A DNA stretch of 52,771 bases, taken from positions 1 through 52,771 of IMG/VR virus record IMGVR_UViG_3300006810_000062; one strand, 5' to 3'. The position numbers and the translations under genes are program-made. This document shows, piece by piece, positions 26,489 through 36,372 of the stretch; position 1 is the first letter of the stretch, and each line of letters begins with the position of its first letter. The DNA comes from a virus (lineage: Duplodnaviria; Caudoviricetes). Under the pieces are notes generated by a model. The model made no database searches. It saw only the letters and a list, made by a program, of their open reading frames with translations, and had not been told where the DNA came from.

Positions 26489-28419
26489 TAGCTAGAAGTG
26501 ATGTCAACTATTTCACATGCATCTGCTGTACAAGCTAACTCCCTTCCACCACTAGTTGTATCTTCTTTCTCGTAGTTAGCAAGCTTAGACCAATCAATAG
26601 ACTCAGGCATTTCATTTAATAGAGCATAATATTTTGCTTCTACTATGTCTTGATAAGGTGCTTGTTGATAAGTGTGTTCACTAAAAGGTAGAAAAGATAT
26701 GCCCGATACCTCATCAAAGTTTTCATAGACCCATGATCCTACTTCCATCCACTCTTCTTCTTTAACAGAGATAGTAACAGAAGGTTTATGTTCACACCAA
26801 TGTCTTTGATATAATAACCAAAACTTTAATTGCTGTATAGCAGTCATTTCAGTTCTAGTTATAGCTCCTGAAGGTGCTTTCATAGGGAAACTAAACACAG
26901 TAGTACTTTCAGGTTTCATTGCACAAGGTTCACTAGGTATTCCACTGTCTTGCATAAACTGTGTGAGTGGGTCTTTGTTATCACCACGTACAGTTCTTAC
27001 ATAATAAGGATTGTGTCTAGCATGTATGCCTGAAGCACTATCAACTAACTGACTAACTGTACCACTAGGTTTGACACAAGTGATTGCAGTTGACTGAGGA
27101 ATACCTAACTCTTTAGCAATCTTTTTATTAGTCTCTACTGCCACTGCTTTTAGTTCTTCTAAAGTATCTCCTAATTCGTAGTGATTATTATTAAGTTCTG
27201 GACAATCTAAGATACCTGTTAGGGAAACTCCTAACAATCTTTCTTCTTCTGTATTATCTTTCCATATCTTACGTAGATATTTAAAGTCAGTAAGAGTAGA
27301 TTGAAATGTACCTAAGATGGTAGCCATCCTAACTTTTTCTTTTAAAGATTCTATATTATCTGTAGACCTACAAACAACCTCTGTAAGATTACAGAATTGA
27401 TATGGTCTAAGTATGATTTCACTGCAAGGATTACATCCAAAGTAATGATTTGAATCTCTTCTTCCATTCTCTTCTGCCTTAGTCTTAGCAGCTTGTCTAT
27501 TAAAAATTCCTCGTTCACCTGACTTAGACTCGTATAAAGAAAGCCATTCTCTCATGAATGTACCCATCTCAGGCTTACCTTTAAATGCTACAGAGTTATT
27601 AGCTAATGCTCTCTGTCCTTCGTTCTCCCACCATTGACCTGACTTAGCATGTCTCATTTGGTCATCACCTAAGTTAGACAATGATATAAGAGCAGACCTA
27701 CGAACACCACCAACAACTACCACTTCACCAATCTTACACATGATATCGTGACACTCAATAGGAAACAATCGTCTGCCTTTAGCTCCTTTAAACTTATCAA
27801 TACAGAATTGAAACAACTCAACTAGTGGTGCAGGTCCTGATGCTCTACCACCAAAAGTTTTAAGTCTTGCACCTGCTTGCCTAACTAATGACACATCCCA
27901 TGTAGGAACTTGACCTACATACAACATAGCAATAAGTTCTCTCAATGCCTTTGCCCAACCCGGTCTACTATCACCAACTTTAATTACTGTTGTGCTGTCT
28001 TCAAAGTGTTCATTAACTATAGGTAACTTGTCTACATTCTCACGTTCAACAGAGAAGCCAACACCTGTGCCACACATAAGTATATACATGCACTCATCAA
28101 ATGAACGAGGACTATCTACAGGTATGTAGCTACAGTTGTAACCACCTACGTGACACCTATCTAAAGCAGGTCCTGAAGTCATTAAGGCTCTCATGCTAGG
28201 CATCACACCTAGATTCATAACTTGATCTCTAACCATAGTCGTTAAGGCTCTAGTCATAGTATACTTATAATTCTTTTTTAAATGAAGAGTCATGTAGTCT
28301 ATGTATCTGTCTACAGTTTCTCCCCAATTTTCTCTACGTTGATCTTCTTCTTTCCATCTTGCATATCTTGACAGAGCTATAAAATTTTGATAGTCTGTAG
28401 GTAAATAATTACTTATCAT
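26488..28419 (-). CDS. nrdJ: class II (adenosylcobalamin-dependent) ribonucleotide reductase
   Basis: VVVGGVRRSALI, GCNPCSEI, TCVKPSGTVS, WCEHKPSVT, C-terminal CxxxxC; no beta-subunit gene in the genome. Confidence 0.85.
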   Translation of the reverse strand: MISNYLPTDYQNFIALSRYARWKEEDQRRENWGETVDRYIDYMTLHLKKNYKYTMTRALTTMVRDQVMNLGVMPSMRALMTSGPALDRCHVGGYNCSYIPVDSPRSFDECMYILMCGTGVGFSVERENVDKLPIVNEHFEDSTTVIKVGDSRPGWAKALRELIAMLYVGQVPTWDVSLVRQAGARLKTFGGRASGPAPLVELFQFCIDKFKGAKGRRLFPIECHDIMCKIGEVVVVGGVRRSALISLSNLGDDQMRHAKSGQWWENEGQRALANNSVAFKGKPEMGTFMREWLSLYESKSGERGIFNRQAAKTKAEENGRRDSNHYFGCNPCSEIILRPYQFCNLTEVVCRSTDNIESLKEKVRMATILGTFQSTLTDFKYLRKIWKDNTEEERLLGVSLTGILDCPELNNNHYELGDTLEELKAVAVETNKKIAKELGIPQSTAITCVKPSGTVSQLVDSASGIHARHNPYYVRTVRGDNKDPLTQFMQDSGIPSEPCAMKPESTTVFSFPMKAPSGAITRTEMTAIQQLKFWLLYQRHWCEHKPSVTISVKEEEWMEVGSWVYENFDEVSGISFLPFSEHTYQQAPYQDIVEAKYYALLNEMPESIDWSKLANYEKEDTTSGGRELACTADACEIVDITSS

Positions 28420-28450
28420 ATCTTTCCCCTTAAATTAAAAACGAAAGCAA

Positions 28451-28479
28451 ATCATATCACATAATTAAATGAAATACAA
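28451..28479 (-). promoter_or_regulatory. sigma70-type promoter upstream of RNR
   Basis: TTGTAT-N17-TATGAT on the minus strand. Confidence 0.5.
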
Positions 28480-28483
28480 TATA

Positions 28484-28816
28484 CTAATGACTTAATACTG
28501 CATTAATTCTTTTTCTTACGTACTCGATCTCTCCTGACTTAAGAACTTTAAATGCAAACTCTTTCATGTATTTTGAATTGACTCCAGCATAATCACAAAT
28601 TATATCAAAGTCTTCAGCAGTTACTCCTATTGAAGCAAAGAACCATGCAGTAGCTCTGTCTCTTTCTAATATAGAATTATCAGGCTCACCTTTATAAGAA
28701 GGTTTAGTTGCATCTAGTAAAGCTTGTAATAAAACAGACAGATATAAAGTTTGTTCAGGTGAGCTTCTATTTTGTAGTACTTGTTTCTCAAGCTGAACAA
28801 ACTCTTTATCTAACAT
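28484..28816 (-). CDS. hypothetical protein
   Basis: ORF track; LSVLLQALLDA..ATAWF..DFDIICDYAG. Confidence 0.7.
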   Translation of the reverse strand: MLDKEFVQLEKQVLQNRSSPEQTLYLSVLLQALLDATKPSYKGEPDNSILERDRATAWFFASIGVTAEDFDIICDYAGVNSKYMKEFAFKVLKSGEIEYVRKRINAVLSH

Positions 28817-29229
28817 TTATCAAACCATTTGTTAGGTACTGATCCTTGCTTACAGAATATAAATGAATGTTTATCACACCAATCTCCATACGTCATCTTT
28901 CCACCTTTGTATAATTTTCTATTAGGATTATCAAATACAAAACGAATGTCTACTTTAGGATGTTGGCTTCTAATAAACAAATGTTTCTTTCTGTCTTCTA
29001 ACATAAACCTTCCTTTAACTTCCAATATGATTCCATTAGGAAGTATAAAGTCAGGAATATATTTTTTATCTTCTTTCCACTCATAAGAAATTTTAAAAGT
29101 TTCATACTCATAAGCTATGTTATTCTCTTCTAGAACACATGCCATATTGTATTCTGAATTAGACCTATACTTATGAGGTATGTCTCTTTTCTTTTTCTTA
29201 AATCTAGGCATAAGAAATTTCTTCGACAT
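28810..29229 (-). CDS. endonuclease I / Holliday junction resolvase (T7 gp3-like)
   Basis: YRSNSE, YIPDFILPNGIILEVKGRF..DRKKHL, DIRFVF, TYGDWC. Confidence 0.9.
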   Translation of the reverse strand: MSKKFLMPRFKKKKRDIPHKYRSNSEYNMACVLEENNIAYEYETFKISYEWKEDKKYIPDFILPNGIILEVKGRFMLEDRKKHLFIRSQHPKVDIRFVFDNPNRKLYKGGKMTYGDWCDKHSFIFCKQGSVPNKWFDKC

Positions 29230-30091
29230 CAGGTGTCTTATATACCTGAGTTAAATACCTATTTCCATTAGCATATTTAAATACTCTTAGACCCTTTCCA
29301 TTGTTAGCATCTGACCAACAATCTTTTTTGTATGGACAATAGGCACAACCAATGGATAACTTTTTATTACCAGACTTGCCATCAGCTTCATCAGGATAGC
29401 ATCGTTCAGGTTTTATATCAGATGCTATGACATTTTTCAAATGCCTAATACGATCAGGAGCATTTATCATATGGATAGAATCTACATTACACAATGCTAA
29501 CTCACCACTAGATTTATCTACAGCAAAGAAAGCTGCTTCAGTATCCTTACCTTCTTCAGCATAGCCACTAATCTGAGCTATGTAACCAAAAGGATCATCA
29601 GTATGTAAGGTATTATCTTTAAACTTTTTAAATGCATAAGGTGAAGCAGACTTTATATCTACTAACATTCCATCTATTCTGCAATCTTTATGTCCTTTAA
29701 CACCTTCAACAGTTACTTCTTTTTGATTCTCAGTTATCTTATGACCTGCTAACTGTGTCAACAACATAAGTAAGGACTCTAACATGTGTCCATAGATAAA
29801 TTTTATTTTAGTACTCCCATTAATATCTGTAGGTTTTATATCAGATTTAATATCATACCATAACATTCTATCTTTCTTACCTATTTGAGACATACGTAAT
29901 GAAGCTTGTGACTTCTCTCTCTGTCCTTCTTTAATAGCTTGAGAAACAGAATCTCTTATGCTATCTGAAAACTGACACATCAAAGACCAATTATCTCTCT
30001 GCTCTGTATTGATTCCTTCTTCCAACATAGTATAGATATCTTTTATTAAGGTATCTATCTTTGGGTCTTTAAGTACATTTATATCCTGCAT
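29204..30091 (-). CDS. PD-(D/E)xK Cas4/RecB-like exonuclease
   Basis: GHKDCRIDG.LVDIKSAS, YIAQISGY, C-terminal CAYCPYKKDCW. Confidence 0.8.
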   Translation of the reverse strand: MQDINVLKDPKIDTLIKDIYTMLEEGINTEQRDNWSLMCQFSDSIRDSVSQAIKEGQREKSQASLRMSQIGKKDRMLWYDIKSDIKPTDINGSTKIKFIYGHMLESLLMLLTQLAGHKITENQKEVTVEGVKGHKDCRIDGMLVDIKSASPYAFKKFKDNTLHTDDPFGYIAQISGYAEEGKDTEAAFFAVDKSSGELALCNVDSIHMINAPDRIRHLKNVIASDIKPERCYPDEADGKSGNKKLSIGCAYCPYKKDCWSDANNGKGLRVFKYANGNRYLTQVYKTPDVEEISYA

Positions 30092-30092
30092 A

Positions 30093-30392
30093 TTATTCTC
30101 CTTTAGTTTCTGTAATTGATATAAGTTTTTTAAGATACCACTCAGCTTTCTTTAAGTCTTGAACACCATTCTTATATCTATATCTCCAAAGGTATTTAAT
30201 TATATTTCCTTGTAGATAATATTCCATACCATCCCCTGTAGCTGCACTGATTGCATCAATACATTCTATACCTGATTGATTGTAATGGATTGGATGATCT
30301 ACTTCTGAATTTACATTCATTTGCAGTTGTATGCCTTGTTCTTCTTCTAGTTCAAGGGTTTTACGTTTGATATATTCATTGTGTCTCTCCAT
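30093..30392 (-). CDS. DUF3310 / T7 gp1.7-like nucleotide kinase
   Basis: VDHPIHY..IECIDAI...GNIIKYLWRYRYKNGVQDLKKAEWYL. Confidence 0.85.
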   Translation of the reverse strand: MERHNEYIKRKTLELEEEQGIQLQMNVNSEVDHPIHYNQSGIECIDAISAATGDGMEYYLQGNIIKYLWRYRYKNGVQDLKKAEWYLKKLISITETKGE

Positions 30393-30565
30393 TTTTTATC
30401 TTCCTTTTTAATAAACACTAAGTCTTCTACAGAAGTATAACCAATTTCTTGAACAAAATATACCAACAATTCTCTTAGTTCTTCTAAGTTATCAGCAGTA
30501 CCTCTTAAGGTAGCTGATGCTTCTGTATCCAGATTATGTTTTGTTAGTTCAAATTTTGTAGTCAT
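30347..30565 (-). CDS. hypothetical protein
   Basis: ORF track; AAGGAG RBS. Confidence 0.65.
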   Translation of the reverse strand: MTTKFELTKHNLDTEASATLRGTADNLEELRELLVYFVQEIGYTSVEDLVFIKKEDKKWRDTMNISNVKPLN

Positions 30566-30664
30566 TAGTTTCTCCTTAAAATAATAGACAACCCACCCAA
30601 CTTCCTGTCTATCGTACTGCCTACGTTTTACAAATGTAAGAGCAGTTCCCTTGATAATGGTTAC

Positions 30665-31138
30665 TTAATTTGAAGCACTAACTAAGGGGATATCGTCATC
30701 ATCAAATGCATTAGATGCAATGTACCCATCATCAATAACATCAAAGTCTTCTCCAGCTTCATACTCGATTAGATTAATAACTTGCATAGCTTGAAGGTCA
30801 GCACCTATACCTTTCTTACCTGCATACTCCCAATCAAATGATTTGAATAAAACTCTAACGTCAGAACCATTACCAACATTTACTTCACTTAGTACGTGGT
30901 TCTTAGAATCTTTAAGAATAGGTGATTTATTCTTGCTACCATCCTTACGATATACTTTACGTTTGATTCTAACAAAGCTACCTCTGTCATCATCCTTGTT
31001 CATAATAGTAAGACCCATCTCTTTAGCCTTCTCTAACTCTGCTCCTTCAACTGCTAAGTCAACCTGCCACACTGGCTCGAATGTTGAGTTAGGTGAAGAG
31101 ATACTTGCCCAATGGGCTTTTCCTGATAATACTGCCAT
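30665..31138 (-). CDS. single-stranded DNA-binding protein (T7 gp2.5-like)
   Basis: VGNGSDVRV, LQAMQVINLIEY, acidic C-terminal tail; replication context. Confidence 0.75.
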   Translation of the reverse strand: MAVLSGKAHWASISSPNSTFEPVWQVDLAVEGAELEKAKEMGLTIMNKDDDRGSFVRIKRKVYRKDGSKNKSPILKDSKNHVLSEVNVGNGSDVRVLFKSFDWEYAGKKGIGADLQAMQVINLIEYEAGEDFDVIDDGYIASNAFDDDDIPLVSASN

Positions 31139-31192
31139 TTATTTTCTCCATTTAAATTATGTAGTTTAAATACTACTTTCTTGATTGTTATA

Positions 31193-31220
31193 ATTATATA
31201 CTATATATATAGTATGTCAA
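31193..31220 (-). promoter_or_regulatory. consensus sigma70 promoter for the SSB operon
   Basis: TTGACA-N16-TATAAT on the minus strand; the spacer is an 18-bp palindrome. Confidence 0.7.
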
Positions 31221-31224
31221 CTTA

Positions 31225-32874
31225 TTAATGAGTCTCTGCCCAATTATTTCCAATTTTATATTCACTATCCAAAGGACATAGAACATTCAGTTCTTTTTGT
31301 ACAAGCTTCATAGCTTCTTGAGTTAATCTTCCAAAGCTTTCTGCTTGATCTGTACGAACTTCAAACTGATACTCATCATGTATTGATGCAACAAGCTTAT
31401 AGTCATAAGACTGTTGTACCTTCTTAGTTATTTGACGTAACCATTCTTTACAAATGATTGCACCTGCACCTTGTAATAATTGATTCATACTAGAGTGCAT
31501 CTGTCTTATCTTTAGAAGTCTACCATCTAATGCTTTGATGTATCCACTTCTAGCTGCCTTGTCTACTTTATCTCTTAAAGATTTTAAGGCAGGCATGTTG
31601 GTCATAAACTTATTAGTAATTCGTTGACCTTCTTTTCTTCCTCCACCTACAATAGAACCTATCTTGTCTGCTCCTGCACCATATATCAAAGCATATATAA
31701 AAGTCTTAGCTTGGTCTCTTGTCTCTAGACCTGCAGCTTTTTGGTTAGCAGTATGTATGTCACCATCTACAACCTCATTAATAAACTTTTTATCTCCCAT
31801 ATAATGAGCAAGACATCTTAGTTCTAAAGATGAAGCATCACATCCTAATAATTTATAGGATGAATTACTTGGTATCCAAACTGACCTACACTCTTTACCA
31901 TAAGGTGAATAGACTGCAGGTATTTGAGCCATGTTTGGTGAGTTGTGTGCCATTCTTCCTGAGATAGCTCTCAATGTCATAACTCTACCATGAACTTTAC
32001 CATCTTCTTGTACAACATCTATCCAAGAATTAATCTGTGAAACTCTTTTCTTTAGTAATAGATATTGACAAATCTTTTGGGCTTCAGGTATATCAACTTT
32101 CTTTAATGTACCTTCATCAACAATAGCATGACCTGTTGGTGTTAAGTTAGTAGGCTTCCAACCTTATTCCATGAGACGTTTAGCTATCTGTTGTCGTGAT
32201 CCGGGATTAAAGACTTCTACTTTATCTTGTAATCTTTTACCAGTAGCTTCAGAAAATCTTTCATATGTAATAGGTGGAAAAATTTCTTGCATCTCTGTTT
32301 CGATAGATGAAGCTTCTTCTTCTAACTTAGCTGACAAACAAGAAGCTTGACTTACATTTAAAGTAAAACCATTCTTCTCTTGTCTATCTACTATAGCTCT
32401 TACTTGATGTTCTAAACTTATACACTTAGATGAAAAACTTTTAAGTTTAGTCTGTAAGTATTTGTATAGCTTAGTAGTTAACTTAACATCATTGACACAA
32501 TAGTTAAGCATGCCTTGAGTATATACAGAGAAGTCATTACATTCTTGCTTTGGAAAACCTAATCTCTTTCCCCAAGCATCTAAAGAATGACCACCATCTA
32601 TACTTGCATCAGCTAACTGTGATAATATTAAGGTGTCTCTTATTTTCTTCAAAGGTATTTGACTACCTAACAGTTCATTAAGAACAGGTGCATCAAAGGA
32701 TACTCCATTATGCATCACAAATATATCTACACTTTTAGACCAATTAGCAAAAGAATCTAATGTATCTTTGTGCCATACAACTATCTCACCTGTATCTATA
32801 TTTTGTGCTACAATGCAGTGTATTACTTTAGCTTTGATGGCATCTGTCTCTATGTCTAATGTAAATCTTCTCAT
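31225..32874 (-). CDS. polA: family A DNA polymerase (T7 gp5-like) with one in-frame TAA at 32164-32166
   Basis: Exonuclease DIETD/HNGVSFD/YCVNDV; polymerase CDASSLELR, RDQAKTFIYALIYG, IHDEYQ; the two track ORFs are in frame and joined by 61 sense codons. Confidence 0.9.
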
Positions 32875-33353
32875 GTCTCTACCAATTCTGCCTTCTCATA
32901 AGGTATATGAAAGAATACTTCTCCTTTAGTAATGTATCTTCCATAAGCTTCTTTGACCTCAGATTCAGCTACTATATTATCTTTAATTCTCCAAGCTTTC
33001 TTTAGGTCTTGTCTTAGTACATAGAAGTTAAAGAATATATTATCACCTTCCATGTCTTGTATTTTATTTATAAGTCTTCTCTTTCTGTATGGTATTCTGA
33101 TCTCTTTCCAACTAGGATTCCAATCACCTTTCCATCCACTTTTGATTTCAACTTCTGAGTAATATATATTATCGTTCTTTTTACTCTCTATGTCAAACCA
33201 ATAATTTTCTTTCATGTTAATTATTTCGTGACCATTTTTAATTAGATAGTCTGATATAGTTTTCTTAGCTATACCATCTGCTAAATTATATGTAGTTAAA
33301 TTAAACTTAGCCTTGACTGCTCCTTTAATAGGTTGCAGTTTTTCCATTACCAA
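32871..33353 (-). CDS. hypothetical protein, possible PD-(D/E)xK nuclease fold
   Basis: FDIES...SEVEIKSGW pattern. Confidence 0.55.
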   Translation of the reverse strand: MVMEKLQPIKGAVKAKFNLTTYNLADGIAKKTISDYLIKNGHEIINMKENYWFDIESKKNDNIYYSEVEIKSGWKGDWNPSWKEIRIPYRKRRLINKIQDMEGDNIFFNFYVLRQDLKKAWRIKDNIVAESEVKEAYGRYITKGEVFFHIPYEKAELVET

Positions 33354-35011
33354 TCTCCCATAACATCTACTTGTTCATTGTCTTTAGTTTCAAAAGGATT
33401 GTCTATCTCTGACAACCTACCTGTATCAGTATCGTATAGTAAGTAACCTGCTACACCTGTTTCACCTGCATATCTATTCTTTAAGACTCTTACTGTGGTG
33501 GTGTTAGCTTGTACTTTGTCTTCTGCTTGCTGATCTCTTTCTAATCCTATAACTGCATCTGATATTTGAGCAATAGAATGAGAACCTCTCAACATAGATA
33601 AAGATATTTCTTTACCTTGCTCTTGTCCTTTATCTCCACTAGCTCTTCGTAAGTGAGATACAAGTAACATAGCACACCTAGTTTCTTCTACTAAAGAACG
33701 TAGCTTTGTCATTAGCTGATCTATATTACGTCTTTCATCTTCACCTTCTAAACCTGATACCAATATAGACAAGTGATCTATAAGTATAAACTTACAGTCC
33801 AAAGCCTTAACCATATACCTAACTCTGTTGAGTATCTCGTCAGTAGTTATAGAACCAAAATGATCGAAAGCAAAAAACCTACGACTACCTATTGTCTGTC
33901 TTTCAAACTCTCTCAACTGTTGCTCTGTATATTTTTTCCTAACTTCATTGATATATATTCTATCACTAGCTGCCACAGACATAAGATGAAAGGCAGTCTG
34001 CTTTATGTTTTCTTCTAATGAGAATACACCTACATTATGTTTGGTATTCTTTAGTAAATGAAACATAAGTTCTCTCATCAAACTAGACTTACCTGCACCT
34101 GTACCTGCAGTAAAGGTAATTAACTCTCCTGTTCTTATACCAAACAGTTTCTTATTTAAACCTTCATAAGGATACAAACAAGTTTCTACTTCTTCTTCTT
34201 TGTAAAGTCTATCACTTATGTCAGCTAAGTTGTAGATACCTGCAGGTGTGTAAGGTTTAGCTTCCCACCATAGTCTAGTAAACTCTTCTCGTTTATTCTG
34301 ACACAGATATTCATTGGCATCTTTTAGTTTTAAGTCTACTATCTTACATCTATTAGGCTCAAAGATTTGTGCTACTTGGTTGGCAGCTTTCTTTCCATGC
34401 TCGTCACTATCAAAACATATAACAATATTCTCAAATGAATTTAAGTATTCATAGCTAGACTTGATATCTTTTAATGCTGATTGACAACCACTCTTAATAG
34501 AAACTACTGACCACTTAGAACCTAACAGTTCATAAGCTGACATAGCATCTAACTCACCTTCACATATAGTAATATACTTTCCTCTTTGATTAAACTTATT
34601 CTGTCCAAACAAAGAACCTTTAGGAAAGTTTCCTTCTGTCATAAAAGATTTGTTCTCTATGTTACGTATCTTGTTTGCTACATGAGAACCAGTATTATCA
34701 TAGTAAGGATAGATATGTTTGATAGACTTACCTTGACTATCTCTTACCAACTGTACGTTAAAGAAGTCACACGTTTCTTTCTTGATCTTACGATCCAACA
34801 AAGGTTCTATGTTTCCTTTTGTAAAGTGATTGTGAACCACACCTTGAATAGGTGCTTGTCTTGGTGCTTGATCCATGTTTTTATTCCCTTTAAAATTATT
34901 ACATACAAAGCAATAGGTATTACCATCCTCATATAATACATTGCCATCTGAGGATTTGCAGTTATCACAGTATCCCCTACTGACTGCCTTCGACTTTTGT
35001 CCTTTTTCCAT
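33347..35011 (-). CDS. DNA primase/helicase (T7 gp4-like)
   Basis: Zn finger CDNC..CFVC; TOPRIM ICEGELDA/FDSDEHG; Walker A AGTGAGKS; IDHL, LVSHLRR, LRGSHSIAQISD, KNRYAGETG; start 35011 has a GAGGA RBS (track start 35050). Confidence 0.95.
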   Translation of the reverse strand: MEKGQKSKAVSRGYCDNCKSSDGNVLYEDGNTYCFVCNNFKGNKNMDQAPRQAPIQGVVHNHFTKGNIEPLLDRKIKKETCDFFNVQLVRDSQGKSIKHIYPYYDNTGSHVANKIRNIENKSFMTEGNFPKGSLFGQNKFNQRGKYITICEGELDAMSAYELLGSKWSVVSIKSGCQSALKDIKSSYEYLNSFENIVICFDSDEHGKKAANQVAQIFEPNRCKIVDLKLKDANEYLCQNKREEFTRLWWEAKPYTPAGIYNLADISDRLYKEEEVETCLYPYEGLNKKLFGIRTGELITFTAGTGAGKSSLMRELMFHLLKNTKHNVGVFSLEENIKQTAFHLMSVAASDRIYINEVRKKYTEQQLREFERQTIGSRRFFAFDHFGSITTDEILNRVRYMVKALDCKFILIDHLSILVSGLEGEDERRNIDQLMTKLRSLVEETRCAMLLVSHLRRASGDKGQEQGKEISLSMLRGSHSIAQISDAVIGLERDQQAEDKVQANTTTVRVLKNRYAGETGVAGYLLYDTDTGRLSEIDNPFETKDNEQVDVMGDW

Positions 35012-35201
35012 AATAGTATCCTCGTAAAGTTCCATCTCTTTCGTAAACATTTAATTTGTTATGTTCATTACTTGTCTTAAAACCTATAGCATTTATTAAA
35101 CCTTCTCTCCATATTAACCAATTAGGTTGTTCAATATTCTTTTCGATCTTATGTTCAGTATTATTAACAACATCTATATAATGTAAATTATATTCTATCA
35201 T
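34977..35201 (-). CDS. hypothetical protein
   Basis: ORF track; ATGA coupling to mazG. Confidence 0.55.
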   Translation of the reverse strand: MIEYNLHYIDVVNNTEHKIEKNIEQPNWLIWREGLINAIGFKTSNEHNKLNVYERDGTLRGYYYGKRTKVEGSQ

Positions 35202-35527
35202 CTATGATCTCCTTCTCCAGACAAAGTATTTCTTTTCTGTCTACCTTCTAACTTAGCTATATTAACAGAACAAATAGTTTCAAGATTAGTACCAATTTCT
35301 TTGGCTAACATAGAACAATACCACATAACATCTCCAATTTCAAATGCTATATCTAATTTAGTTTTTTCTAATCCTTCTTTATCTGCTCCATCTCTTATTA
35401 ACTTCTTTACTTTACCTGCAACTTCTCCAGCTTCTGAAGTCATACCTAATGCTAAATACTCCATAGCTTTTTCATTAGGAAATATTGCAGTCTTGCTTGC
35501 TCTTTCTTGATAAGTTTTTAAGTCCAT
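35198..35527 (-). CDS. mazG: MazG-like nucleotide pyrophosphohydrolase
   Basis: ALGMTSEAGEVAGKVKK...EIGDVMWY...NIAKL..R; probable start MDLKTYQ (track start 35575). Confidence 0.85.
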   Translation of the reverse strand: MDLKTYQERASKTAIFPNEKAMEYLALGMTSEAGEVAGKVKKLIRDGADKEGLEKTKLDIAFEIGDVMWYCSMLAKEIGTNLETICSVNIAKLEGRQKRNTLSGEGDHR

Positions 35528-35532
35528 ATCTA

Positions 35533-35766
35533 TTACTCCATTCCTATTGTAGTTGGGTTGATTCCTTTGATCCAATCTTCTGCATATGATTCTGCTATCA
35601 TCTCATGATTAAAAAACATTGTATCTTTTATTTTACCTTTAACACATTTAAGCAACTCATATTTATCTTTATCAATAAAAGATAGAGTAGCACTACGATC
35701 TGCCCAAGGTCCTTGTCCAAAAAATTCTGATAGTAATTCCTTGTTAGACATCTCTGTACTCCTCAT
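35533..35766 (-). CDS. hypothetical protein
   Basis: ORF track. Confidence 0.55.
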   Translation of the reverse strand: MRSTEMSNKELLSEFFGQGPWADRSATLSFIDKDKYELLKCVKGKIKDTMFFNHEMIAESYAEDWIKGINPTTIGME

Positions 35767-35983
35767 TTATTATGTTCATAGCAAACGATTCACTCTCACC
35801 TGTTCTATCGTCTGCTTCTTCTTTTGCTATTTGCTTTGCTTCTCTTGATGTATAACCCTCCTCTATGTATTGGTTGTATAGTTCCTTAAAAATTTTCTTT
35901 CTGTCTTTCTCCCATAGGTTCTGCATAATTACTCTCCTTTTCTGTTTGATGCAGATAGATATTATATGAATATAAAAATTCAT
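35744..35983 (-). CDS. hypothetical protein (true start probably MQNLWEK)
   Basis: ORF track; FKELYNQYIEEGYTSREAKQIAKEE; AAGGAG before the internal Met. Confidence 0.6.
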   Translation of the reverse strand: MNFYIHIISICIKQKRRVIMQNLWEKDRKKIFKELYNQYIEEGYTSREAKQIAKEEADDRTGESESFAMNIINEEYRDV

Positions 35984-36131
35984 TTATATCTTCTATTGAT
36001 ACATTATATATTGGTTGTTTAGATACTGATTCTATAAAACCTTTATCAAAAGATTTTATTTCTTTATGATTATTATATTTATATATCATAATAATACACC
36101 ATGAAAAAAGAAAAATATAATAATAATACAA
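35886..36131 (-). CDS. hypothetical protein, start uncertain
   Basis: ORF track; very AT-rich. Confidence 0.35.
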   Translation of the reverse strand: MYYYYIFLFSWCIIMIYKYNNHKEIKSFDKGFIESVSKQPIYNVSIEDINEFLYSYNIYLHQTEKESNYAEPMGERQKENF

Positions 36132-36152
36132 GCTATGTAAGTTTCTATTCTA

Positions 36153-36341
36153 TCAGACAAGTTTAATCTCCCTAGCTTTCTCAGTATATTTTTCTATTGA
36201 TTTATTTATATGAGGACTTTCAATCTCATCTATCTTATCAATAGCTTCGTAGTGGTCAGTAGCTGATACTAAAAACGTCTGCTCAAACACTTCATATCCT
36301 ATAACTTCATATAGTTTTTTCTTTCTTTTTTTGTAAGCCAT
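36153..36341 (-). CDS. hypothetical protein
   Basis: ORF track; AAGGA RBS. Confidence 0.65.
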   Translation of the reverse strand: MAYKKRKKKLYEVIGYEVFEQTFLVSATDHYEAIDKIDEIESPHINKSIEKYTEKAREIKLV

Positions 36342-36372
36342 CTGTCATTCCTTTTAAAATTTAAATTATATA

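Noticed and set aside
29204-30091. Cas4-like nuclease as evidence of a CRISPR-Cas system
   Set aside because: Solo Cas4/RecB-like exonucleases are common phage replication genes; no array or other cas genes
31981-32163. Intron, intein or frameshift between the two polymerase ORFs
   Set aside because: The interval is exactly 61 in-frame codons of ordinary polymerase sequence; only one stop codon is involved
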